Shown here piece after piece: positions 1-8,017 of a stretch of 12,401 bases of DNA. The DNA is from Archangium sp. Its GTDB lineage: Bacteria; Myxococcota; Myxococcia; Myxococcales; Myxococcaceae. Position 1 is the stretch's first letter; every line of letters begins with the position of its first letter. Where the stretch lies: assembly GCA_031367385.1 (NCBI GenBank), contig JANLPS010000216.1, forward strand, positions 1 to 12,401, read 5' to 3'. A program made the position numbers and the translations under genes. The notes beneath the pieces were generated by a model, which saw only the letters and a list, made by a program, of their open reading frames with translations, made no database searches and was not told where the DNA came from.

Positions 1-842
1 ATCACCGCCATGCCGCTGAGCATTCGCGCGGTGAGCGGCTCGTTGAGCAGCGCCACTCCCAGCAGCACTGACACCAGCGGGTTGACCACGCCGAAGCTCC
101 CGGCGCGCGCGGCCGGCCAATCGCGAACGACCATCGCATAAGCCACGAAGCCGCCCACCGAGGCCACGGTGCTCAACACCACCATCGCCGAGAGTGAGGT
201 GACCGTGACCTGCGCGTGAACGAACCCAACGCCGCTCAGCAGCGCAAGGCTCGCCGCCGCCGCCGAGCCGGCCGCCATCTGTACGCAGATTTGCGCGAAC
301 AGCCCCACCGGCCGCAACGACTGCGCTCGCTTCTGCACCAGGCTCCCGCCCGCGAAGAAGAAGGTCGCCACCAGCAACGCGGCAATGCCCAATGCATCGG
401 CATGAACCCCCTCGCGATCGGGCCAAAGCAGGAGCGCGACCCCCAACACGCCTCCGGCCACGCCCCACCAGGTGCGCCCGGGAGTTCGAGGGGCCGCCGG
501 GTCCCACCAGCCGAGGCTGCCGAGGGCTGCGAGCCACACCGACCCCAGCGAGTGCACGACGCCGGTGATGCCCGAAGCGACGGTGCGCTGCGCGAAGGCA
601 GTCAAAGCGTTGCTGCCGCTCATCAACAGCACGCCCACCAATGCGAACCGGGCCAGCTGCCACCCGCGGGGAAACACGTCGCCTCGAAGCCGCGCCATCG
701 CCAGGCAAATCATCGAAGCGACGACGCACCGAATCGCCACCAACCCGAAGGGCGTGAACGAACCGAGTGCGAGCCGAATGAAGAGGTAGCTCGAGCCCCA
801 CGCGGCCACGACGGTGAAAAACGCGAACCAGGTACGACGCAC
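1..842 (-). CDS. EamA/DMT-family (drug/metabolite) transporter, 3' end runs off the window
   Basis: Manual minus-strand translation from GTG at 842 (in-frame TAG just upstream at 854-852): VRRTWFAFFTVVAAWGSSYLFIRLALGSFTPFGLVAIR...AFAQRTVASGITGVV...GFVAYAMVVRDWPAARAGSFGVVNPLVSVLLGVALLNEPLT. Multiple hydrophobic helices with typical EamA motifs (WGSSY, NP...LG..LL.E). Absent from the ORF track, probably because it has no stop inside the window. Confidence 0.9.
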   Translation of the reverse strand, partial: MRRTWFAFFTVVAAWGSSYLFIRLALGSFTPFGLVAIRCVVASMICLAMARLRGDVFPRGWQLARFALVGVLLMSGSNALTAFAQRTVASGITGVVHSLGSVWLAALGSLGWWDPAAPRTPGRTWWGVAGGVLGVALLLWPDREGVHADALGIAALLVATFFFAGGSLVQKRAQSLRPVGLFAQICVQMAAGSAAAASLALLSGVGFVHAQVTVTSLSAMVVLSTVASVGGFVAYAMVVRDWPAARAGSFGVVNPLVSVLLGVALLNEPLTARMLSGMAV

Positions 843-862
843 ACGGCGGGGCTACCACACCC

Positions 863-885
863 CCGTTCGTCCTGAGCGAAGTCGA
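863..885. repeat. Intact copy of a short REP-like intergenic repeat (CCGTTCGTCCTGAGCGAAGTCGA)
   Basis: 23/23 identical to the sequence made by joining 7724-7738 to 9369-9376. It lies in a 50-bp intergenic gap, 7 bp past the stop of the 893..2563 gene. Confidence 0.9.
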
Positions 886-892
886 GAAACCC

Positions 893-2563
893 CTACCGCC
901 CGGTCACATTCAACGCGCCGCCCGTCAGAGAAAACACCCGCCCCTGCCGGTCGATCGCCACCGGCGTGTACGCAGCAGCCCAGGTCGCGTGCAGCACCCG
1001 GGAGTCACGCAGCGAGCCATCGGGCTTGATCGCGTAGAGCGAGCCATCTTCATTGTTCGCGTACGCCACGCCCTTCGAATCGATCGCGACAGAATTCACG
1101 CACCACTCGAACCCATTCTGATTTTTCTCCGACGTGCTCTTGTTGTGAAACCCGCTCTCGACGGTGAGCTCGGGTGAAAGCCTCGTGATCGCAAAGGGCC
1201 CGTTGCCGCTCGAGTCGCGCAGCCCGTAGTGGTTGTCTTTGAGCACGATGGAGTACGTGCCGTCATGACTCACCACCGCCGGAGTCACGTCCCACCCGAA
1301 GTCGTACGTGCCGAGCACTTCACCGCTCGAGCCGAAGTGAAAGAGGTGGCCCCGCGCCTCATTGTAAAGCGTCTCAGCGCCATAGAGCACCGTGCCATCG
1401 GGCAACACCACCGGGCTCGAGGTCGCATCGTCATCAGCCGCACCCGCCGGCAACTGGTTTGTCCACGGGTCGACGCCCTTGGTCGAGCCGATGCAGCAGT
1501 GGCCTCGAGTCGGTTTCCCACCGTCAGGAGCGGGGCATTGGGCATCATCGGGCACCCGTTCACCGCACCCGTCGGCCAGCTGGCCGCGAAGCGACGTGGC
1601 CCACTTCACCTTGAGGTCTGGCGTCAACGCGACGACCCACGCATACAGCGGCGAGTCATCGGTTCGGCTGACGGTGAAGATCGTGCCGTCGGGCCCAATC
1701 GCCGGAGCCACGTTGAAAGGAGCTCGCTGTCGCCCGCACGAAGTGGTGGGCGTGGGCCGAACACCTCCGTCGGCGTACAGCGCGGGGATGGGCCCAGTGT
1801 AGAAATGCACGCACAAGTCGTCGGCTCCGGGCGCTTGCGCAACCATGGAGTCGTACGGCACCGAGCTCACCTCGCCCGACCCGCTCACACGCACGAGGTG
1901 GGCGGTCGGAGCGCTCGAGTCGTAGACCAAGACGTTGAAAAAGACCGAGCCCGTCGAATCGATGGTCAGGGGGCCGGTGACGAACCGTTCGGCGCGCTCG
2001 TCTCCGGGCAGCGATGGCGTGATCTTCGCCAACATCGTGCCGGAGCGCCGATCGACTTTGAAGATCGAGCCATTGCTCCCGGGCACATAGAGAAAATCGC
2101 CGAACACCGCCGGGTGAAAAAGGGCCTCCCACTTCGTCAAGAACAGGGGCACCGGCTTCCAGTCGCTCTCGAAGCGCCAGGCTTTCGCGAGCGTGCCATT
2201 CGACCAGACCAGGTGCGTCTCACCCCACGTCACCTCAGCCCAGGCACCGAACCCGCAGTCACCTTGCGTCGTGTCGTCGCATTCGGGCTGCGTGCCGATC
2301 TTCTCCAGCATGTAGATGTCGTCGCCGACCAGCAGCGGCGATTGGTAGTGCACCGGCAAGTACCCCAATTGCCGCGCGACCTGCCCGGCAAAGGGGTCTG
2401 CGGTGAAAGAACCCAATTCACGGTTGAGTGGTTGCCCCTCGACACAGCCCTGCTGACTGGTGTGGCTCGAGTCGCGCCCCGATTGCGACCAGTCGCAGAG
2501 GGGGTTGGAGGCTGTCGTGCACGCCGCGAGAAACACCGTCATTGCGACAGGCGAGGTCTTCAC
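893..2563 (-). CDS. Putative lipoprotein with beta-propeller-like (PQQ/BamB-like) repeats, function unknown
   Basis: 556-aa ORF with N-terminal lipobox VFLAAC and recurring blade-like motifs (PLLVGDDIYM, PAVFGDFLYV, PAIGPDGTIFT, SSPVVLPDGTVLYG, VAIDSKGVAYA..DGSLYAIKPDG, PVAIDRQGRVFS). Several Cys clusters. Start uncertain (GTG 2563). Confidence 0.75.
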   Translation of the reverse strand: MKTSPVAMTVFLAACTTASNPLCDWSQSGRDSSHTSQQGCVEGQPLNRELGSFTADPFAGQVARQLGYLPVHYQSPLLVGDDIYMLEKIGTQPECDDTTQGDCGFGAWAEVTWGETHLVWSNGTLAKAWRFESDWKPVPLFLTKWEALFHPAVFGDFLYVPGSNGSIFKVDRRSGTMLAKITPSLPGDERAERFVTGPLTIDSTGSVFFNVLVYDSSAPTAHLVRVSGSGEVSSVPYDSMVAQAPGADDLCVHFYTGPIPALYADGGVRPTPTTSCGRQRAPFNVAPAIGPDGTIFTVSRTDDSPLYAWVVALTPDLKVKWATSLRGQLADGCGERVPDDAQCPAPDGGKPTRGHCCIGSTKGVDPWTNQLPAGAADDDATSSPVVLPDGTVLYGAETLYNEARGHLFHFGSSGEVLGTYDFGWDVTPAVVSHDGTYSIVLKDNHYGLRDSSGNGPFAITRLSPELTVESGFHNKSTSEKNQNGFEWCVNSVAIDSKGVAYANNEDGSLYAIKPDGSLRDSRVLHATWAAAYTPVAIDRQGRVFSLTGGALNVTGR

Positions 2564-2607
2564 TCCAGACAGATCGCGCCAAACGGCATCGCATATCGAA
2601 GAAAGTT

Positions 2608-4152
2608 TCAGATCACCGGCGGCCGACGCAGCTGCGTGCCCTGCTCGTAGGCATACCCGAGCCGGAGCAGCGTGCCTTCGCTCCAGGGCCCGGCGAAGAA
2701 CAGCAACCCCACCGGCAGGCCCTGCACCTCACCCATCGGCACCGTCAGTGACGGGTACCCCGCCACCGCAGCGATCGAGTACGACGACGCCCCGCCCACG
2801 TCTCCGTAAACCGGGTCAATCAGCCACGCGGGGTCCATCGTCGGAGCGATGATCGCGTCGAGCCGGTGCTTCTTCATCACCGCATCGATGCCCTTGCCCC
2901 GCGACAGCGTGCGGCAGGTCTCCAGCGCCTGCTTGTAGGCCTGACCGCTCAGCGGCCCCTTCGCCTGGGCCTGCTCGAAGAGCTCTTGACCGAACTGCGG
3001 CAGCTCGCGCTCAGCGTTCTTCGCATTGAAGGCGATGACGTCGGCCAGCGTCTTCACTGCCGCCCCGGGCCGTCGTGACGCCAGGTACGAGGCCATGCCC
3101 GCCTTCAGCTCGGTCAGCAGCACCTCGACCTCAGGCTTGTTCAGCGCCTCGACCGGCAGCTCGATCGGGTCGACCAGCACCGCTCCCAGCCGCTTCAAGT
3201 CGGCCCGCGCCGCATCGAGCAGCCGCACGACTCCAGGCATCGCGCTCATCAGCTTCACCGCGATACCGATGCGCGCACCCTTGAGCCCGTCGCGATCGAG
3301 AAACCGGGCGTAGTCTTTCTCGGCCTTGCGGCTCGCCACGCGCGTCGCCGCGTCTTCGGCGTCGTCACCCACCATCGCACCCAACAGCAGCGCGGCATCT
3401 TCGACCGTTCGAGTCATCGGGCCCGGCGTGTCTTGGCTGGCGGAGATGGGAATGATGCCGCTGCGGCTCAGCAACCCCACCGTCGGCTTGAGCCCCACCA
3501 AGCCCTGCGCCGAGGCCGGAGCCACGATCGACCCATCGGTCTCGGTGCCCACGGCCGCCGCGCACAGATCAGCCGCCACCGCGATGCCAGACCCCGAGCT
3601 CGAACCCAACGGGCTGCGCTCGAGCGCATAGGGGTTGCGACCCTGCCCGCCTCGCGCGCTCCAACCCGAGGTCGAACGGGTCGACCGAATGTTCGCCCAC
3701 TCCGACAAGTTGCTCTTGGCCAGCACCACCGCGCCCGCCGCTCGCAGCGCCGCCACGACGAACGCGTCTCTGGGCGCCTTCGACCCGAGCAGCGCCAGCG
3801 AGCCCGCCGTGGTCTCCATCTGATCGCCAGTGTCGAGGTTGTCTTTCACCACCACGGGGATGCCGTGCATCGGGCCCCGCACTTTCTTCTCTGCCCGCTC
3901 GCGATCGAGCCCATCGGCGATGCTCAACGCCTCGGGGTTCACCTCGAGAATCGCGTTTAGCTTCGGGTTCAACGCGGTGATTCGCGACAAGTACGCTTCG
4001 CACAACGCCCGAGAGGTCGTCTTGCCGCTCGCCATCGCCTCGCCCAGCGCCCGCAGGGTCGCGTTCTTGAACCCGAGCTCGGCCGACCACCCCACGCTCG
4101 GTATCAACGCCGCGGCCACTGACCACTGCAGCACCGAGCGCCGCGCGATCAT
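2608..4152 (-). CDS. Amidase-signature family enzyme with predicted Tat signal peptide
   Basis: Motifs HGIPVVVKDN (catalytic Lys), GSSSGS (cis-Ser region) and GTETDGS (nucleophile Ser), plus GLKPTVG and QDTPGPM. Start moved from 4188 to ATG 4152, which overlaps the upstream stop (ATGA) and gives MIARRSVLQWSVAAALIPSVGWSA. Confidence 0.92.
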   Translation of the reverse strand: MIARRSVLQWSVAAALIPSVGWSAELGFKNATLRALGEAMASGKTTSRALCEAYLSRITALNPKLNAILEVNPEALSIADGLDRERAEKKVRGPMHGIPVVVKDNLDTGDQMETTAGSLALLGSKAPRDAFVVAALRAAGAVVLAKSNLSEWANIRSTRSTSGWSARGGQGRNPYALERSPLGSSSGSGIAVAADLCAAAVGTETDGSIVAPASAQGLVGLKPTVGLLSRSGIIPISASQDTPGPMTRTVEDAALLLGAMVGDDAEDAATRVASRKAEKDYARFLDRDGLKGARIGIAVKLMSAMPGVVRLLDAARADLKRLGAVLVDPIELPVEALNKPEVEVLLTELKAGMASYLASRRPGAAVKTLADVIAFNAKNAERELPQFGQELFEQAQAKGPLSGQAYKQALETCRTLSRGKGIDAVMKKHRLDAIIAPTMDPAWLIDPVYGDVGGASSYSIAAVAGYPSLTVPMGEVQGLPVGLLFFAGPWSEGTLLRLGYAYEQGTQLRRPPVI

Positions 4153-5003
4153 CGCTTGACCACGCAGTACCCGCTCTTCTGATCGCACACGGTGTTGGCG
4201 AAGCAGGTGAACCCGGGGTTGTCACAGCGCGGTATGCAGATGCCGCTGCCGAATGACGCGGGGCTGGCCTCGCAGTTGTACCCGGGCCGACAGGTCGACT
4301 GGCCCTGCCTCGGCGCCCGGCAGCTCGCAAGGCACAGGTTGGAGCCCCCATCGGCCCCGCCGGTGTTCACGCACTGCGAGGCCTCGGGGCACGAGTTGGG
4401 GCCCTTGCACGCCGCCGTGCAGTACCCGCCCGGCCACCCGGTCGACATCATCAAGACCGACTCGGGTATGCAGAGCCCGTTGTTCGGAGGCTGGCACTGC
4501 CCGTCGAACAGGCATGGCGACCCGATGCCACCGTCGAGCGGGGGCTTCATGTCGGGCACGCACCCGGCTGGGCTGCAGACCTCGCCCGAGCCACACGCCG
4601 CGCACACCTGCCCCTTGGCGCCACAGACGAAGTTCGTCTGCGCTTGGGCGTCGAGGCAGAAGCTGCCCACGCAACAGCCATTGCAGGCGCCGGGGCCGCA
4701 CACCATCGGGCCGCCGCCACCGCCAGCGCCACCGCCAGCGCCCCCGCCGGTCGGCTTACCGCCGCCCCCTCCCCCAGACCCGCCGCCAGAACCCCCTCCC
4801 GGGCCTCCCCCTTTGCCTCCCGCGATGCCGCCGCCGGTACCCCCGCCGATTCCTCCCCCACCACCTGTGGCGCCGCCGCCGCCCGAGCCGCCGTCACGGA
4901 TACCGCCGCCGCCCTCGAACCCGCCGTCAGACAGCCGCTCTTCAACGGCTTGAAAACAACTGGTGACGGCGATCGCGGCGATGAGCAGGGCAAGGCGCTT
5001 CAT
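4149..5003 (-). CDS. Gly-rich/Cys-rich lipoprotein, function unknown
   Basis: MKRLALLIAAIAVTSC lipoprotein signal, GGAG 5 nt upstream of the ATG, a long poly-Gly linker, then Cys-rich modules (CNGCC, CAAC, WPGGYCTAAC, CRPGYNC). Confidence 0.82.
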   Translation of the reverse strand: MKRLALLIAAIAVTSCFQAVEERLSDGGFEGGGGIRDGGSGGGGATGGGGGIGGGTGGGIAGGKGGGPGGGSGGGSGGGGGGKPTGGGAGGGAGGGGGPMVCGPGACNGCCVGSFCLDAQAQTNFVCGAKGQVCAACGSGEVCSPAGCVPDMKPPLDGGIGSPCLFDGQCQPPNNGLCIPESVLMMSTGWPGGYCTAACKGPNSCPEASQCVNTGGADGGSNLCLASCRAPRQGQSTCRPGYNCEASPASFGSGICIPRCDNPGFTCFANTVCDQKSGYCVVKR

Positions 5004-5035
5004 GCAGACTCCAGGGGCGTCAAGAAAACGCGCGC

Positions 5036-5095
5036 AGCATACACAGCCCGTGGCCGAAACAGGGGTAAAGCCCCGTTTTTTCTCGCACTTACAAT
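5036..5095. promoter_or_regulatory. Candidate divergent promoter region with central inverted repeat
   Basis: AT-richer gap between divergent genes. -10-like TATGCT on the minus strand (5041-5036) and TACAAT on the plus strand (5090-5095) flank AAAC-A-GGGG-TAAAG-CCCC-GTTT (5057-5078). No convincing -35 boxes. Confidence 0.35.
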
Positions 5096-5132
5096 GTAGG
5101 CAACTTCATCGCGCAGCGGTCGACAACCTCGC

Positions 5133-5525
5133 ATGTCCAAAATCTCCGACACCCCCTCGGCCCGCACCTTCACCAAAGCATTGATGAAAGAGTTCGCTCC
5201 CGAAGCCCGTGAAGCGGCCGGCGACGACGCGATTCTCACCCGCGCAGAGGCGAAGACCATGATTGGCGTCGGAGGCTCGACCGCCCTGGTTGACCTCGCC
5301 GTCAGCTTCTTCGACCGCAAGGGCTGCGACTCGGCCCCCCTGAGCGAAGTGCTCAACGACGTCGACATGTTCGTTCAGCGCCGCGTGGCCAAAGAGGCCG
5401 TCAGCATCGCTGGCAGCACCACCGACAAGATTCTGTCGGCGGCCGATGCCCAACGTCTGCCCAAAGAAATCAAGGGCGCGTATGACTACCTGAAGAGCCT
5501 GCCGGGCACGCCTTCAGCCGACTGA
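5133..5525 (+). CDS. Hypothetical protein (130 aa) with two degenerate EF-hand-like repeats
   Basis: ORF with GC-rich third positions filling the gap before fusA. Internal repeat AAGDDAILTRAEAKTM / IAGSTTDKILSAADAQRL. Confidence 0.7.
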   Translation: MSKISDTPSARTFTKALMKEFAPEAREAAGDDAILTRAEAKTMIGVGGSTALVDLAVSFFDRKGCDSAPLSEVLNDVDMFVQRRVAKEAVSIAGSTTDKILSAADAQRLPKEIKGAYDYLKSLPGTPSAD

Positions 5526-5587
5526 TTGCGCACCCTTCGCCATAGCGCTTGTCTTTGGCCGCGCAGTTCAGTACTCGCGGCGGCGCT

Positions 5588-7723
5588 ATGGCTAACATTC
5601 CTCTCGACCGCATTCGCAACATCGGCATCTCTGCCCACATCGATTCGGGCAAGACCACTCTGACCGAACGCATTCTCTTCTACACGGGTCGCATTCACGC
5701 GATTCACGAGGTGCGCGGCAAAGACGAAGTCGGCGCCACGATGGACTCGATGGACCTCGAGCGCGAGAAGGGCATCACCATTCAGTCTGCCGCCACCTAC
5801 TGTGTGTGGCCGGGCTCGAAGAAGCAGTTCGAAGACTTCAACATCAACATCATCGACACCCCTGGGCACGTCGACTTCACCATCGAGGTCGAGCGGGCCT
5901 TGCGCGTGCTCGACGGCGCCATCTTGGTGCTCGACTCAGGCAAGGGCGTTCAGTCGCAGTCGATCACGGTCGACAAGCAGATGAAGCGCTACAGCGTGCC
6001 CCGCATCGCCTACGTCAACAAGATGGACAACCCGGGCGCGAACTACGACCGCGTCGCCGAGATGCTCAAAGAGAAGCTCGGCCACCGGCCGGTCAAGCTC
6101 CAGGTGCCGATTGGCGCCGAAGAGAAGTTCGAGGGCGTGATCGACGCCATCACCGGCAAGGCCTACTTCTTCGACGGCGAGAACGGCGAGAACATTCGCG
6201 AAGAGGCGATACCCGCTGACTACGTCGAGAAGACCAAGGCCGCTCGCATCGAGCTCATCGCCCGTGTCGCCGACCACGACGACATGTTGGCCGAGAAGTT
6301 CATCAACGAAGAGCCGGTGAGCGACGACGAGCTGCGCGCCGCCATTCGCCGCGCGACCCTGGCCCTCAAAGTGACCCCGGTCATGTGTGGCTCGGCCTAC
6401 CGCAACAAGGGCGTTCAGCTCTTGCTCGACGGCGTGGTGCACTACCTGCCCAACCCGATGCAGGTCACCAACCAGGCCCACGACCAGAACAAGGGCGAAG
6501 AGAAGGTCGTTCTCGACTCTGACCCGAAGAAGCCTTTCGTCGGCCTCGCGTTCAAGCTGCTGCAAGACAAGTACGGCCAGCTGACCTTCTTCCGCATCTA
6601 CCAGGGCACGGTTGCGACCGGCGACACCATCGTCAACACGAGCAACCAGTCGCGCAAGGTTCGCGTGTCGCGCATGTTCCGCATGCACTCCGACAAGCGC
6701 GAAGAAATCACCTCGGCGCAGGCCGGTGACATCGTCGCGATGACCGGCGTCGAGGCCTCGTCGGGCGAGACCTTCACCGACGGCAAGGTCAACTACACCT
6801 TGACGTCGATGTTCATCCCCGCGGCCGTGATCTCGCTGTCGGTGGCACCCAAAGACCGCGTGAACGAGATCAACTTCTCGAAGGCATTGAACCGCTTCAC
6901 CAAAGAAGACCCCACCTTCCGCGTGCGCCAAGACGAAGAGTCGGCGCAGACCATCATCAGCGGCATGGGCGAGCTCCACCTCGAGATTTACATGGAGCGC
7001 ATGAAGCGCGAGTACAACTGCGAGGTCGTCTCGGGCAAGCCTCAGGTCGCCTACCGCGAGACCATCACCCAGCGCGGTGAGTTCGCCTACACCCACAAGA
7101 AGCAGACCGGCGGCTCGGGCCAGTTCGCCCGCGTCTGCGGCTACCTCGAGCCCCTGCCGGTCGACTCGGTCGAGGCGTACGAGTTCGTCGACGACATCGT
7201 GGGCGGCTCGATTCCCCGCGAGTTCATCCCCGCGTGCGACAAGGGCTTCCGTGAGGCGGTCAAGAAGGGCGCGCTGATCGGCTTCCCCGTCGTGGGCGTT
7301 CGCTGCCTCATCAACGACGGCCAGTCACACGACGTCGACTCGTCTGAGCAGGCGTTCAAGACCGCCGCCATCATGGGCTTTCGTGAAGGGTACGCGGCTG
7401 CCAAGCCCACCATTCTCGAGCCGATCATGAAGGTCGAAGTCGAAGCGCCGATCGAGTTTCAGGGCTCGGTCGTCGGCCAGGTCAACCAGCGCCGCGGCGT
7501 CATTCTCGAGACCACCTCGGATGAAGGCAACGTGGTCGTGTTGGCCGAAGTGCCCTTGAACATGATGTTCGGGTACTCGACCGACCTGCGCTCGGCGACC
7601 CAGGGCAAGGGCAACTTCACGATGGAGTTCGCCAAGTACATGGCGGTGCCCCGCGGAGAGCAGGAAGAAATGGTCAAGAAGCACCGCGAGAAGATGGCGC
7701 TCGAGCAGGCTGCCCGAAAATAA
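5588..7723 (+). CDS. fusA: Elongation factor G (spdEFG1/mtEFG1-like subtype), outside the str operon
   Basis: [15 protein letters not shown] (G1), [15 protein letters not shown] (G3), NKMD (G4), [42 protein letters not shown]. Start taken as ATG 5588 ([11 protein letters not shown], 711 aa) rather than 5549. Confidence 0.98.
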   Translation: MANIPLDRIRNIGISAHIDSGKTTLTERILFYTGRIHAIHEVRGKDEVGATMDSMDLEREKGITIQSAATYCVWPGSKKQFEDFNINIIDTPGHVDFTIEVERALRVLDGAILVLDSGKGVQSQSITVDKQMKRYSVPRIAYVNKMDNPGANYDRVAEMLKEKLGHRPVKLQVPIGAEEKFEGVIDAITGKAYFFDGENGENIREEAIPADYVEKTKAARIELIARVADHDDMLAEKFINEEPVSDDELRAAIRRATLALKVTPVMCGSAYRNKGVQLLLDGVVHYLPNPMQVTNQAHDQNKGEEKVVLDSDPKKPFVGLAFKLLQDKYGQLTFFRIYQGTVATGDTIVNTSNQSRKVRVSRMFRMHSDKREEITSAQAGDIVAMTGVEASSGETFTDGKVNYTLTSMFIPAAVISLSVAPKDRVNEINFSKALNRFTKEDPTFRVRQDEESAQTIISGMGELHLEIYMERMKREYNCEVVSGKPQVAYRETITQRGEFAYTHKKQTGGSGQFARVCGYLEPLPVDSVEAYEFVDDIVGGSIPREFIPACDKGFREAVKKGALIGFPVVGVRCLINDGQSHDVDSSEQAFKTAAIMGFREGYAAAKPTILEPIMKVEVEAPIEFQGSVVGQVNQRRGVILETTSDEGNVVVLAEVPLNMMFGYSTDLRSATQGKGNFTMEFAKYMAVPRGEQEEMVKKHREKMALEQAARK

Positions 7724-7738
7724 CCGTTCGTCCTGAGC
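7724..7738. repeat. Left half of the REP-like repeat disrupted by IS110 (CCGTTCGTCCT-GAGC)
   Basis: Begins at the first base after the fusA TAA. Identical to 863-877. Confidence 0.9.
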
Positions 7739-7840
7739 AGGGGGACCGGCTTGGCGCCGGTTATTTCCGGTGAAGGAACAGATTTTCTGCGGACCGAGTA
7801 GACCGACGCGCGCGTGAGAGCAGCCGAGACCGCCGTCGCA

Positions 7841-7991
7841 ATGGTGCAGAGTTCGATGCCCGATCCTGAGCCTGGTTCTGGAGGCTGTGACTATTTCATT
7901 GGTGAAGGCGGTGAGCGGATTGGGTCCGCTCACCGCTTATCCCGTTTAGGAGACTGCTTAACTTCGTCCCCTCTGGGCTTTCACGCACCAT
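7841..7991 (+). ncRNA. Candidate IS110 bridge RNA core (target-binding loop, central hairpin, donor-binding loop)
   Basis: TCCTGAGC at 7864-7871 equals target-left plus core (7731-7738). TTAGGAG at 7946-7952 equals donor-left plus core (9361-9367). 12-bp perfect stem 7908-7919/7925-7936. Closing helix ATGGTGC 7841-7847 / GCACCAT 7985-7991. Transcript ends are unknown. Confidence 0.75.
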
Positions 7992-8017
7992 CCAAAGTGC
8001 GAAACGAGAGCTAGCGA

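Noticed and set aside
216..875. 219-aa plus-strand ORF
   Set aside because: Antisense shadow of the EamA gene, with Arg/Pro/Gln-rich composition and no motifs.
863..885. CRISPR repeat
   Set aside because: Only two dispersed copies about 6.9 kb apart, with no spacer periodicity and no cas genes.
1229..2650. 473-aa plus-strand ORF
   Set aside because: Antisense shadow of the 893..2563 lipoprotein. Long stop-free antisense frames are common in high-GC DNA.
4192..4953. Poly-proline ORF
   Set aside because: Mirror of the poly-Gly codons of the minus-strand lipoprotein, which has the signal peptide and RBS.
5936..7096. 386-aa minus-strand ORF and other ORFs within fusA
   Set aside because: Antisense or alternate-frame shadows of a highly conserved gene.
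7735..7738. GAGC as a classical 4-bp target-site duplication
   Set aside because: IS110 enzymes recombine through a core shared by donor and target, and GAG appears in both putative guides. A shared core is the better reading, though sequence alone cannot formally exclude a duplication.
7739..7810. Sigma70 or sigma54 promoter formed at the circle junction or in the left end
   Set aside because: TTGGCG (7751-7756) has no properly spaced -10, TGGCGC lacks the downstream TTGC of sigma54 sites, and I found no good -35 in the right end.
7814..8014. 66-aa ORF in the IS left end
   Set aside because: No clear RBS or recognisable motif. The region is better explained as structured RNA.
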